Positions 1-9,207 of a stretch of 64,000 bases of DNA are shown piece after piece. This DNA comes from Gammaproteobacteria bacterium. GTDB taxonomy: Bacteria; Pseudomonadota; Gammaproteobacteria; SZUA-229. The stretch spans positions 16,599 through 80,598 of the forward strand of contig JAPHSS010000022.1 in the NCBI GenBank assembly GCA_026195255.1, given 5' to 3'. The stretch's first letter is position 1. Each line of letters starts with the position of its first letter. The position numbers were made by a program, and so were the translations under genes. Under the pieces are notes generated by a model. The model was not told where the DNA came from and searched no databases. It was given only the letters and a program-made list of their open reading frames with translations.

Positions 1-39
1 ATCGCTTAAGCTTGATTTGTAATCTTGTACATCACTCAT
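1..39 (-). CDS. cbbS: RuBisCO small subunit, 5' end only (runs off window)
   Basis: Reverse complement reads ATG AGT GAT GTA CAA GAT TAC AAA TCA AGC TTA AGC GAT = MSDVQDYKSSLSD, resembling form IA small-subunit N-termini; GGAG RBS upstream; directly downstream of cbbL. Confidence 0.88.
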   Translation of the reverse strand, partial: MSDVQDYKSSLSD

Positions 40-71
40 GTGATTTACTCCAAAATAATTAGTTGTTTATT

Positions 72-180
72 TAAAAGTGTTAGGATAGTGCGTTCTGGCA
101 AGGCGCGAAAAGGTGTGTGTATTTATTAATACATGATCCTTTTCAGCAACGCAGCCAGAGCGCGCTAGATGACGCTTTTA
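72..180. repeat. ~109-bp imperfect palindromic (REP/MITE-like) element in the cbbL-cbbS spacer
   Basis: Nested arms: taaaagtgtta/tgacgctttta, tagtgcgttctggc/gccagagcgcgcta, gaaaagg/ccttttc; right end overlaps the cbbL stop codon. Confidence 0.65.
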
Positions 181-1596
181 CTTATGAGCTACGTCAATCT
201 TGTCAACAGTATCAAATTCAAACTTGATCTCTTTCCAGGTTTCCATTGCAATCTTAAGCTCTGGGCTATGCGCCGCAGCTTTAGTAAGGATGTCCTTACC
301 TTCTTTCTCGATTTCAACACCAGAGTTACGTGCTTCAACACAAGCTTCAACCGCAACACGGTTAGCAGCTGCGCCTGCAGCGTTACCCCATGGGTGACCT
401 AATGTACCGCCACCGAACTGTAGGCAAGAATCATCACCGAAGATAGCAACTAACGCAGGCATGTGCCATACGTGGATACCACCAGAGGCTACAGGAATAA
501 CACCTGGCATTGCGCCCCAATCCTGGTCGAAGAAAATACCGCGTGAACGATCTTCTTTGATGTATGAATCACGCATAATGTCGATCCAGCCCAAAGTTGC
601 GTCACGATCGCCTTCAAGCTTACCTACAACAGTACCTGAATGCAGGTGATCACCACCAGACAGACGTAATACTTTAGTTAATACGCGGAAGTGAATACCG
701 TGGTGCGGGTTACGGTCTAATACAGCGTGCATTGCACGGTGAATGTGTAACAACATACCATTATCTTGACACCATTGTGCAAGTTGAGTATTTGCAGATA
801 AACCACCAGTCAGGTAATCATGCATAATGATAGGTGCGCCGATTTCTTTCGCATATTCAGCACGCTTCATCATTTCGTCAGAAGTAGGTGCAGTAACGTT
901 TAAGTAGTGACCTTTACGCTCACCTGTTTCAGCTTCAGCTTTAAGGATTGCTTCCATTACGAAGTCAAAACGATGTCTCCAACGCATGAATGGCTGAGAG
1001 TTAACGTTCTCATCATCTTTTGTGAAGTCAAGACCGCCGCGTAAACCTTCGTAACACGCACGACCGTAGTTCTTAGCAGAAAGACCAAGCTTAGGCTTGA
1101 TAGTACAACCTAGAAGAGGACGACCATATTTGTTTAATAAATCACGCTCTACCTGGATGCCCTGTGGTGGACCATTACAAGTCATAACGTAAGCAATTGG
1201 GAAACGGATATCTTCTAAACGAAGTGCACGTAGAGCTTTAAAGCCGAATACGTTACCAACTAAAGAAGTAAGAACGTTTACAACAGAACCTTCTTCAAAT
1301 AGATCGATTGGGTATGCAACGAAAGCGTAGAAACAAGTGTCATCACCTGGAACGTCTTCGATCGCGTAACAACGGCCTTTATAGTAATCAAGATCAGTTA
1401 AAAGGTCAGTCCATACAGTGGTCCATGTACCTGTTGAAGATTCAGCGGCAACAGCTGCAGCTACTTCTTCACGAGGAACACCGTCTTGTGGAGTAATTTT
1501 GAAACAAGCCAGAAGATCTGTTTCTTTAACAGAATATTCTGGTGTCCAATATGTTTCGCGGTATTCTTTAACACCAGCGCTATAAGTCTTTGCCAT
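178..1596 (-). CDS. cbbL: Ribulose-1,5-bisphosphate carboxylase/oxygenase large subunit, form I (IA-like)
   Basis: Motifs [46 protein letters not shown]; start moved to ATG 1596 (MAKTY) because AGGAG lies just upstream. Confidence 0.99.
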   Translation of the reverse strand: MAKTYSAGVKEYRETYWTPEYSVKETDLLACFKITPQDGVPREEVAAAVAAESSTGTWTTVWTDLLTDLDYYKGRCYAIEDVPGDDTCFYAFVAYPIDLFEEGSVVNVLTSLVGNVFGFKALRALRLEDIRFPIAYVMTCNGPPQGIQVERDLLNKYGRPLLGCTIKPKLGLSAKNYGRACYEGLRGGLDFTKDDENVNSQPFMRWRHRFDFVMEAILKAEAETGERKGHYLNVTAPTSDEMMKRAEYAKEIGAPIIMHDYLTGGLSANTQLAQWCQDNGMLLHIHRAMHAVLDRNPHHGIHFRVLTKVLRLSGGDHLHSGTVVGKLEGDRDATLGWIDIMRDSYIKEDRSRGIFFDQDWGAMPGVIPVASGGIHVWHMPALVAIFGDDSCLQFGGGTLGHPWGNAAGAAANRVAVEACVEARNSGVEIEKEGKDILTKAAAHSPELKIAMETWKEIKFEFDTVDKIDVAHK

Positions 1597-1641
1597 TGTA
1601 GGTCTCCTAAGCAATGTTGCAAGTTTGTAAATTCTTTCACA

Positions 1642-1669
1642 CCTATTCAGTAACTATTTACTGAGTAGG
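1642..1669 (-). promoter_or_regulatory. Hairpin in the probable cbbL 5' leader
   Basis: cctattcagtaa ... ttactgagtagg imperfect inverted repeat between a minus-strand TATAAT (1723-1728) and the cbbL RBS. Confidence 0.4.
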
Positions 1670-1722
1670 CTATCGATAGCAATTAAGTAAAAACATACTT
1701 ACCTGCATCTCTGTGGAACGAA

Positions 1723-1788
1723 ATTATAGGCCTTGTTATTCATAATGATATTCAAAGTTTTTGATTGTTATGATAAGCTTTTGCTTAT
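1723..1788. promoter_or_regulatory. Divergent cbbL/cbbR promoter region with putative CbbR operator
   Basis: Minus-strand TATAAT at 1723-1728 without a good -35; dyad ATAAGC-TTTT-GCTTAT at 1773-1788 (TAA-N8-TTA), resembling LysR/CbbR boxes. Confidence 0.55.
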
Positions 1789-1811
1789 AACAAATTAAGT
1801 AGAAACAGTTT

Positions 1812-2726
1812 ATGGCTTTAAATATTACATTTCGCCAATTAAAAGTATTTGAATCCGCCGGACGGCATTTAAGTTATACCCGTACCGCAGAGGAGCTGCA
1901 TCTTAGCCAGCCTGCTGTTTCTATGCAAATCAAACAGTTAGAAGAATCTGTGGGCCTGCCTTTGTTTGAACAAATAGGTAAGAAAATGTTTTTAACAAGG
2001 GCGGGCCGAGAGGTTCTGGTATATAGCCAGAGCATTGGTCACCTGTTAGAAGAGGTAGAGGTGGTATTAGATGAACTAAAAGGTGGTAGTAGCGGTACGC
2101 TTGCTATATCTGTTGCTACTACGGCTAGCCATTTTGCGACTCGATTATTGGCCGATTTTTCGCAGCGTTATGAAAATGTAACGATAAGCCTTGATATAAC
2201 TAATCGTAAAAGTTTGCAGACACAACTGACAGACAATCTACCTGACCTGGTAATAATGGGACAGCCACCTGACGGTGTAGAGGTGGAATCTGAAGCCTTT
2301 ATGGTTAACCCGTTGGTTATGATTGCACCTGCAAATCATTCATTAGTGAACGAAAAAAATATACCCCTGGAATATTTTGAAGATGAACACTTCGTTGTAC
2401 GTGAATCTGGATCAGGTACGCGAGGAGCTATTCAGCGCTCATTTGATGAGAAGAAGGTGAGTTTTCATACAGGTATTGAGATGAGCTCTAATGAAGCTAT
2501 TAAACAGGCGGTTGAAGCCGGGCTTGGGCTGGGTATAGTTTCAATACATACGTTAGAGTTAGAGCTCGAAACAAAACGACTAGCGATTTTAGATGTTACC
2601 GATTTTCCAATTCAACGACATTGGCATATTGTTCAACGTAGTGGTAAACGCTTATCGCCAGTAGCTCAGGCATTTAAACAGTTTGTTCTAGACGAGGCTA
2701 AGAAGTTTATACTATTGCCTAAGTAG
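1812..2726 (+). CDS. cbbR: LysR-family regulator of the cbb operon
   Basis: N-terminal HTH TFRQLKVF...SYTRTAEELHLSQPAVSMQIKQLE; REsGSGTR and SSNEAIKQAV motifs; divergent from cbbL. Confidence 0.95.
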   Translation: MALNITFRQLKVFESAGRHLSYTRTAEELHLSQPAVSMQIKQLEESVGLPLFEQIGKKMFLTRAGREVLVYSQSIGHLLEEVEVVLDELKGGSSGTLAISVATTASHFATRLLADFSQRYENVTISLDITNRKSLQTQLTDNLPDLVIMGQPPDGVEVESEAFMVNPLVMIAPANHSLVNEKNIPLEYFEDEHFVVRESGSGTRGAIQRSFDEKKVSFHTGIEMSSNEAIKQAVEAGLGLGIVSIHTLELELETKRLAILDVTDFPIQRHWHIVQRSGKRLSPVAQAFKQFVLDEAKKFILLPK

Positions 2727-2821
2727 TAGATCTTTAAGCCTGATATCATGTTTATTAACTGGCTATTTGCCTAACTATCAAGTTAACTTACAGTCAGAAT
2801 TTTTATGCTTTATAATGAGTT

Positions 2822-3889
2822 ATGAATAAAATAAACGAATATCAGTTAGTCGAAACGCGATTACAGGAAAAGTTAGAGAATGGCACAACACGTTGTCATT
2901 TATGCCTGTGGAGATGCAAAATAGCTCACGGTCAAAGGGGGTTCTGTCAGGCCCATGTTAATCGTAATGGTACATTATATAATCTCTCATATGGTATTCT
3001 GTCCTCTATCGATATTGATCCGATCGAAGATAAACCTGTCAAACACTATCGTCCGGGCACAAAAGTTATGTCAGTGGGTAGTTATGGTTGTAGTTTCCGT
3101 TGTGGAGGCTGTCATAACCTTGATATTTCGTGGGGCGTTGAAGCCCTGGATGGCCTGGCCAAAGGTGAATCTAAAGAAGCCTGGGTTCCTGCTCAATCTT
3201 TAGTAGATACAGCAATTAGAGCGGGTGTTCAGGGTATCGCATTTACATATTCGGAACCCGCTGTCTGGTTAGAATATGTTATTGATGTCAGTAAACTGGC
3301 CCACGAAGCTGGTTTATATACAGTGTATGTATCAAATAGTTTTATAACAGATGAGGCGCTTGAGTTAGCCGCTCCCTATATTGATGTGCTGTGCTCGGAT
3401 ATTAAGAGTATGCGAGATGAGTTTTATGCGGAAATTTGTCGACCCGCAAAAGTTGAACAGGTACTACATTCTATAAAGAAAGCGCATGAGCTGGGTATTC
3501 ATGTTGAAACCCGTACAAATATTATTCCGGGTAAAAATGATAATCCGGATGAATATTATGAAATTGCCTGCTGGGTAAGGGATAATTTAGGTGCAGATAG
3601 CCCCTGGCATATAACACGCTTCTTCCCTGCTTATAAATTGAGTCATCTACCCGCAACACCAGAAACATCTTTGCGTGATGCAGAAAAAGCCGCACAACGA
3701 GCAGGTCTTAATAATATTTATGTTTATAATGATAAAGGCTGTGATTGTGCTGAAGAAAATAAACCTATTGAGGCTTATCTCAATAGTAGTGCAGAAGAAA
3801 TACACCAGATAAAAAAATGTGCTGCAAGTTGTTGTGGTGATGAAGGTGTATTAATAAAGAAATATGAAAATGAAGTAAAGCTGGTTTAA
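2822..3889 (+). CDS. Radical SAM enzyme, AmmeMemoRadiSam (AmrS)-like, with divergent Cys-rich C-terminus
   Basis: N-terminal CHLCLWRC...GFC, IDPIEDKPVKHYRPG, CSFRCGGC cluster motif, AFTYSEP, SPWHITRFFPAYKL. Confidence 0.85.
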   Translation: MNKINEYQLVETRLQEKLENGTTRCHLCLWRCKIAHGQRGFCQAHVNRNGTLYNLSYGILSSIDIDPIEDKPVKHYRPGTKVMSVGSYGCSFRCGGCHNLDISWGVEALDGLAKGESKEAWVPAQSLVDTAIRAGVQGIAFTYSEPAVWLEYVIDVSKLAHEAGLYTVYVSNSFITDEALELAAPYIDVLCSDIKSMRDEFYAEICRPAKVEQVLHSIKKAHELGIHVETRTNIIPGKNDNPDEYYEIACWVRDNLGADSPWHITRFFPAYKLSHLPATPETSLRDAEKAAQRAGLNNIYVYNDKGCDCAEENKPIEAYLNSSAEEIHQIKKCAASCCGDEGVLIKKYENEVKLV

Positions 3890-3909
3890 TCAGCTAGAGG
3901 TGAAAAATT

Positions 3910-4194
3910 ATGCGTACAGTATATTGTGCAGTTTTAAACGCTGAAGCGGAAGCACTTGATAAGGTTCCCCACCCTGGTGAACTTGGTCAGAGAATTTATA
4001 ACAACGTGTCAAAAGAAGGCTGGAAACAGTGGCTCGAGCGTTTAACAACTATCATTAATGAAAATGGTTTAAATACAGCTGATATTAAAAGCATTGAATT
4101 AATTGAAAAACATATGCAGGGTTTCTTCTTTGATGAAGGTAATTATGGTCAGGTTCCTGCTGGTTTTAATGCGGGTGGTGGCGGAAAAAAATAA
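3910..4194 (+). CDS. Fe(II)-trafficking / oxidative damage protection protein, YggX family
   Basis: MRTVYC..L..EAEAL...PHPGELGQRIY.NVSKEGW..W; GAGG RBS; 20 bp after the radical SAM gene. Confidence 0.88.
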   Translation: MRTVYCAVLNAEAEALDKVPHPGELGQRIYNNVSKEGWKQWLERLTTIINENGLNTADIKSIELIEKHMQGFFFDEGNYGQVPAGFNAGGGGKK

Positions 4195-4205
4195 GCAGGC
4201 AACTG

Positions 4206-4898
4206 CTAATTTACATCACTCAACTGATAATACATGCTAAATGAGATAGGCTGATTTGGCAGTAATGAAGAAGGCGGTTTGGGAAACGGTTGCGCATCAT
4301 CAAGTGCCTGCCTTACCGCCCGTTGAAGCACTGCCTTGCCGCCGTTAATTTCTAACTGGTAATGCCCTCCACTTTCACTAAGTAAAAAGCTCACATCTAA
4401 CTTGCCTTCAATGGCTCGGCGTCGAGCTGCACCCGGGTAAAACTTGTAAGACTCAATATGCGCTAATAAAAGCTGCATATAGGTTTCTTTTTCTTTTTTC
4501 TTTTCTAACTCAATGTTCAGTTGATGGTTAAGTTTTTCATCAGCTAAAGGTGGTGGGGTCGCTTTTGCTGGTTCTCTATCTAATGGTTTAACAGATACTT
4601 CTTTTTTTATTTGAGAGACTGCAGCAGGTTTTTGCAGAGGTTTATTCTTGGCACTTAATGTTTTTTTAGGTGGCTCAGGTTTTGCGACAGCAGGTTTTGA
4701 TTTGTTTTTATCAAGCAGGTTTTTCCTGCTAGTGGGAGCTAAATGTTTAATTAGTTGAACGGTTACATGTTTGCTTATATTTTGCGAAGCATTAATGCTT
4801 TTATTAAAACTAAAACTGGATTCCAGGTAAGCAAATACAAATGCATGTACCAATAATGATAAAAATATACCCTTTAATATGTTTGAGTTACTGGTCAT
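4206..4898 (-). CDS. Energy transducer TonB
   Basis: N-terminal TM helix with SLLVH, Pro/Lys-rich linker, C-terminal YP.AARRR.IEG and A.PFP.PP motifs. Confidence 0.88.
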   Translation of the reverse strand: MTSNSNILKGIFLSLLVHAFVFAYLESSFSFNKSINASQNISKHVTVQLIKHLAPTSRKNLLDKNKSKPAVAKPEPPKKTLSAKNKPLQKPAAVSQIKKEVSVKPLDREPAKATPPPLADEKLNHQLNIELEKKKEKETYMQLLLAHIESYKFYPGAARRRAIEGKLDVSFLLSESGGHYQLEINGGKAVLQRAVRQALDDAQPFPKPPSSLLPNQPISFSMYYQLSDVN

Positions 4899-4916
4899 CT
4901 AATGCTCAGGATGTAT

Positions 4917-5402
4917 TTATGGTGTTACTTCAGTGTTTGTCTTTAACCATGATAAAACATGATCTGTATTAAGTATGCCAGTAACTGCACTACGACCAGC
5001 TCTGTGATTGTCGTGGAAGTAGCTGCGGGGCAGTTCGCCATACCATCGGGGGTCAATTGAGTATCTTAGTCTTTGAACTGGCTCAGTAGAAAATACCCGA
5101 TTATCTATTTTAAGTAAATCAAACTTACTTAGTAGTTTGTTGATTTCGTCAATACGTGCCGGTGAATCGGTTGATACAAGCACCATGTTTAAATCAGGGT
5201 TTTGTTTATATAACAAACCCAGAGAGCTAAGTTCTTTGATGCAGGGCGGGCAATCGAGTGACCACATTACCATTAGAAAAGCATGTTTTTTTTCTTCGAT
5301 AAGCTGGCTGTAGCTATCAGTGTTAAACAATGCAGGTTTATTAGTTGCGTTAGCTGTATAACAACTGCACAGCAAAGTCAGCAGAAGAATCAATGTTTTC
5401 AC
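4917..5402 (-). CDS. Exported thioredoxin-like (TlpA/redoxin) protein
   Basis: Signal peptide; WSLDCPPC CxxC motif; W.GELPRSY; 4-nt overlap with upstream gene. Confidence 0.8.
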   Translation of the reverse strand: MKTLILLLTLLCSCYTANATNKPALFNTDSYSQLIEEKKHAFLMVMWSLDCPPCIKELSSLGLLYKQNPDLNMVLVSTDSPARIDEINKLLSKFDLLKIDNRVFSTEPVQRLRYSIDPRWYGELPRSYFHDNHRAGRSAVTGILNTDHVLSWLKTNTEVTP

Positions 5403-6655
5403 AATAGCCCCTCCCGATTATTATTTTTATCTATTGCAATTAAACGAAAGCCTTCCTGTGTTGTTTTCCATTGAATATAAATGGATTTATTGTCGGTGAT
5501 TAAAAATGGATAGTCTGAGCCTTGCGTTGATTTGGCTACAACTTTAGCTTTGTCCCATGTTTCTCCATTATTTGTTGAATGTTGAGTCCAGACTGTCTCC
5601 TCTTTACCGTTGAACTCTTTCCATGTTAGCCAAACCTGATTGTTACTACTTAATACCCCAGGATGTGAAGCTGCCGCTTTATAATTACCAAAATTGACAG
5701 GTGTTGTTCGTGTATTATTATCGCGCATGCGCATATAAAACAACCCATGCCTTTTATCAGCATTATTGAACCATGCCATATGATAATCACCAGAATCTGA
5801 AATTGATAAATCAGGACCATGATGTGGGCAGGCATCAACTTGCCAGTTATCATAACTAACACGAACAGGGATACCTGGTTTTGAGGCAGATTCAAAACTG
5901 ACTAATGCATGATCTCGTGTATTTTTTCCATAAATATTGCGCCATAGAATGACTGGCAGGTCATTATCATCCATATCAATAATGACTCTGCAGCATTCGC
6001 AACTATGGTCAATTATCTTTTTATTAGCATGAAAACTTTTTCCTCCATTGTCTGACCAGGTGTAGTAAACAGCAGCGCCATGATAGTCCTTAGCCTCTTT
6101 TTCGGCTTTGAATCGGTCGCGTTTATCAAGCCATGCCAGATAAATATTGCCATTTTTACCAACGGATAATGCGTCAAAACGATGTCCGGTAATATCTAGA
6201 TTGTCATTAACCGTAACAGGTGTGCTAAAACTCTTTCCCATATCATTTGAAAAGCTAAATCTGACATTACCAGTGAAACGCTTTTCTAATGGTGTTGTCC
6301 AGGAAACATATATATCTCCCTTTTTGCTTAAAACAATTTTGGGGCGGTTTTCACCATGTGCAGAAATTTTCTCTGGTATTGTATTTAGCGTAACCGGTTT
6401 ACTAAACGTTTCTGCTTTGTCATCGGAGTAGTTAACATAAACATGACCGGCATAAGACCAGACAACCCATAGTCGACCCGTTGTAGAAAAAACTGAGCTG
6501 GGTGCCGACGCACAATCAAGTGCGGGTATCTGGTTAACATTTGTGCATTTAGATAAACTGCCGTCTTTGACTTTTGCACCTCCATGAGCAGCAATGCCAA
6601 CATCAGGTAAAGCAGTTAAAAATAAAAGACTGATGATTAAATTAAATATTTTCAT
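5399..6655 (-). CDS. Exported BNR/Asp-box repeat (sialidase-fold) protein with CECC and CPHHGP motifs
   Basis: Asp boxes SDDKAETF, SNDMGKSF, SDNGGKSF, STNNGETW; signal peptide from ATG 6655 (MKIFNLII), 1 nt after the receptor stop. Confidence 0.82.
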   Translation of the reverse strand: MKIFNLIISLLFLTALPDVGIAAHGGAKVKDGSLSKCTNVNQIPALDCASAPSSVFSTTGRLWVVWSYAGHVYVNYSDDKAETFSKPVTLNTIPEKISAHGENRPKIVLSKKGDIYVSWTTPLEKRFTGNVRFSFSNDMGKSFSTPVTVNDNLDITGHRFDALSVGKNGNIYLAWLDKRDRFKAEKEAKDYHGAAVYYTWSDNGGKSFHANKKIIDHSCECCRVIIDMDDNDLPVILWRNIYGKNTRDHALVSFESASKPGIPVRVSYDNWQVDACPHHGPDLSISDSGDYHMAWFNNADKRHGLFYMRMRDNNTRTTPVNFGNYKAAASHPGVLSSNNQVWLTWKEFNGKEETVWTQHSTNNGETWDKAKVVAKSTQGSDYPFLITDNKSIYIQWKTTQEGFRLIAIDKNNNREGLL

Positions 6656-6656
6656 T

Positions 6657-8753
6657 TTAGAACTTGTACTCTGCCCCGGCATATAATGTGCGCGGCATAC
6701 CAGGTGCAAAAGTTGATTCGCCTCGACTAAATGATGCCGAGGTTGCGTATGTTTTATCAGTAACGTTCATTAGCCTGATAAAAGTTTCAAATGTCCTGGT
6801 AGCAAAATAGTTCATGCGTAGATTAATAAGCTCGTGGCCTGAATATTTTTGTGTATTACTCTGGTCCATCCAGTATTCACCGAGGTGCACCCATTCTAAC
6901 TCTGCGCGTCCACCATTAAGAAGCGATGGTGAATAATTAATTCGTGTATTGGCGACTTCTTCAGGAGCGGATTGAATTTCATTACCACTGAAATCAGTGC
7001 CCCTTTCAACCCAGGTTTCGAATGTATGTTTGTTCTTTGCGTAACTAAGACTGAATTTCCAGTCTTTTGAAAATTGGCTATTTAAACCTAACTCTATACC
7101 ACGGTGCAATGTCTCACCTGCATTTACCGTTGTTCTGTCTTCTGTTACAGGGTCTTCATAGGTTACCAGATCATCTTTTTTAGTCATGTAGTATATTGAT
7201 ACTTCATAATTTAAAAGTTTTGTGGGGTTACCCCGTAAACCAATTTCAAAACTGTCTACTTTAACCGGGTCTAAATCAAGTGAGGCATCATTACTGCCCG
7301 GGCGAAATATCTGCCCTTCAGACGGGGCACGAAATGCATGCCGGTAAGATGCAAAGCCGTTTAAAGATTCATTAAAAGTATAAGCGGCACCCAGTTTAGG
7401 GCTAAAGTGTGCGAAATCAACTTTAGCATCTACTGGGTGATTATAAGTAACTGGAAATCTTGTGCTCTCTGGGTTAATAACTAAAGCACCGTCGGCCATG
7501 TTATTTGTGTAATCATATTGCAGGTTATCATAACGTAAGCCAGCATTAAATCGCCAGTTTTCCGATGGAGATGTTTCTACATGAACATAAGGTGAAACGG
7601 CCTGATAAGTGACATCATAATCGTAGATTTTTTCAGCTGTAGTAAAAGATGTATAAACATCACCTGTTTTTACGGCATCAATGCTGTGCTCTAAACGACT
7701 GCCAGGTGTATAGTCTATATCAGCGCCAAATATAAGACGTGTCCTGAGTGGTTTAAAATCTATGCGGTATTTAGCCAGTAAGCCCAGAGAATTGCTTTCA
7801 GTTTCTTTAATGCTCGGGTCATAACTAAATGACCAGTTAGGCATGTATTCCATAAAATTATTTCTAACGTAAGGTGTCAGGCTTAGTAAAGTATTGTGGC
7901 TTTCCTTTTCATACGCAGTGGAAAGACGTGTGGCTTTTACTTCTCGGTATGATATGGGTGTGTAATTTTCGGTTGGGTTATTATTATAATCATCCTCAGA
8001 TATGCGAGATGATCCGGCGGTTTGCTGATCGATATTTGAGGTGCTTAATAACGTTTTTAAACTTGCTCCGCTTTGCAGGAAATGATCCCAGCGTACTGTC
8101 GCGCTTGCCCGGTCATAATCGGTAGCATCTCTCCAGCCATCAGTCTGTGTCAGATTAATATCAGCACGAATCCCATCATCATCCCAGCTTTTCCCCGCGC
8201 TGGTTAATAATCGCTTCCAGCCAAACTCACCCGCTTCAAGTGAAAGTTTTAATTCGGGTTCAAGTGGTGGTGCTTCAGTAATTACATTAATAACACCCCC
8301 AATTGCATCACTACCGTATAAAGAGGTTCCCGGACCCTTGGTAATTTCAATACCTGATGCCTGAGGTACATTTACTTCATAGAGCGCATTGTGGTTGAAA
8401 AAACCGGTAGATCTGGTGGGTATACCATCTTCAAGATAAAGGTATAAGGGTTGTGTAGATATGGGTTGGCGAATAGAGGTCATATGCCCTTCCCCACCAG
8501 TTACATTAATATGTACACCCGGTACACGTTCCATTATTTCAGATGGATGAGCAGGTTTTGTTGCCTGAAGTTCCTGGTCATTGATCTGGCCAACGGTTTC
8601 AGATGTTTCTGCACGTAGTGTTTCTTCTCTTGTACCGGTAACAGTAATACTGGCTTCAGTAGAGCTGGCTTCCTGGTTTGCTATTATGGTTTGTGGAAAG
8701 ACAGTATAGAGTGCTGCAATTGTGACAAGGTGTACTTTTGATTTTAAAAACAT
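6657..8753 (-). CDS. TonB-dependent outer-membrane receptor
   Basis: TonB-box-like ITVTGTR, plug motif IEITKGPGTSLYGSDAIGGVINVIT, C-terminal NVTDK.Y...PRTLYAGAEYKF; start chosen at ATG 8753 (AGGA upstream), uncertain. Confidence 0.93.
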   Translation of the reverse strand: MFLKSKVHLVTIAALYTVFPQTIIANQEASSTEASITVTGTREETLRAETSETVGQINDQELQATKPAHPSEIMERVPGVHINVTGGEGHMTSIRQPISTQPLYLYLEDGIPTRSTGFFNHNALYEVNVPQASGIEITKGPGTSLYGSDAIGGVINVITEAPPLEPELKLSLEAGEFGWKRLLTSAGKSWDDDGIRADINLTQTDGWRDATDYDRASATVRWDHFLQSGASLKTLLSTSNIDQQTAGSSRISEDDYNNNPTENYTPISYREVKATRLSTAYEKESHNTLLSLTPYVRNNFMEYMPNWSFSYDPSIKETESNSLGLLAKYRIDFKPLRTRLIFGADIDYTPGSRLEHSIDAVKTGDVYTSFTTAEKIYDYDVTYQAVSPYVHVETSPSENWRFNAGLRYDNLQYDYTNNMADGALVINPESTRFPVTYNHPVDAKVDFAHFSPKLGAAYTFNESLNGFASYRHAFRAPSEGQIFRPGSNDASLDLDPVKVDSFEIGLRGNPTKLLNYEVSIYYMTKKDDLVTYEDPVTEDRTTVNAGETLHRGIELGLNSQFSKDWKFSLSYAKNKHTFETWVERGTDFSGNEIQSAPEEVANTRINYSPSLLNGGRAELEWVHLGEYWMDQSNTQKYSGHELINLRMNYFATRTFETFIRLMNVTDKTYATSASFSRGESTFAPGMPRTLYAGAEYKF

Positions 8754-8931
8754 AAAACTATTAATCCTGTGAGGCATATTTTTTTTTAGGAGGTTATTCA
8801 AATGCGCCTTACATGAGAAGTGACAAAATGACGCGCGACAATATGTCGCAGACCAGGATGTAAATGTGCTGCACGCACTGGACCAGTGCCGCTTAACGCC
8901 TAATGTGATTTTTTATATATCGATTATGTGT

Positions 8932-8967
8932 TGCTTAAATGATTGATAATTATCAATCATTTAAGCA
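8932..8967. promoter_or_regulatory. Perfect 36-bp palindrome upstream of the receptor (candidate metalloregulator operator or hairpin)
   Basis: tgcttaaatgattgataa|ttatcaatcatttaagca; core TGATAATTATCA resembles Fur-family sites. Confidence 0.6.
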
Positions 8968-9015
8968 TTAAGGCTATGGGGGGTGAGAAGAGCGACAGAT
9001 TTTATAAGCTGCAAG

Positions 9016-9205
9016 AGAATGCACTGTTCAGGCGCATCACCATCGGGGAAAGAGTATCTTTCTCGCGCTTCTCCTGTGTGATGCCACCCGAAGTTTTTAG
9101 AGTTGGTTCACTGCTCTGTCGTTTGCTGGTGAGATGGGTTAAGGGGACAGGGTGCAAAAAGCGCGACCTTTCCCCGATGGTGATGTGCATGAGCAGGGCA
9201 ATCTA
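9016..9205. repeat. ~190-nt long-hairpin element (MITE-like or structured RNA)
   Basis: Perfect 18-bp arms catcaccatcggggaaag (9035-9052) / ctttccccgatggtgatg (9168-9185), extendable to ~37 bp; inner tcgcgctt/aagcgcga; GC-richer than flanks. Confidence 0.6.
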
Positions 9206-9207
9206 TC

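Noticed and set aside
8980-9205. Cobalamin riboswitch or 6S RNA upstream of the TonB-dependent receptor
   Set aside because: The fragment ttaaggggacagggtgcaaa is on the wrong strand for the receptor and the GCCACTG / B12-box elements are missing; 6S similarity is only a few bases and the usual zapA-ygfA context is absent
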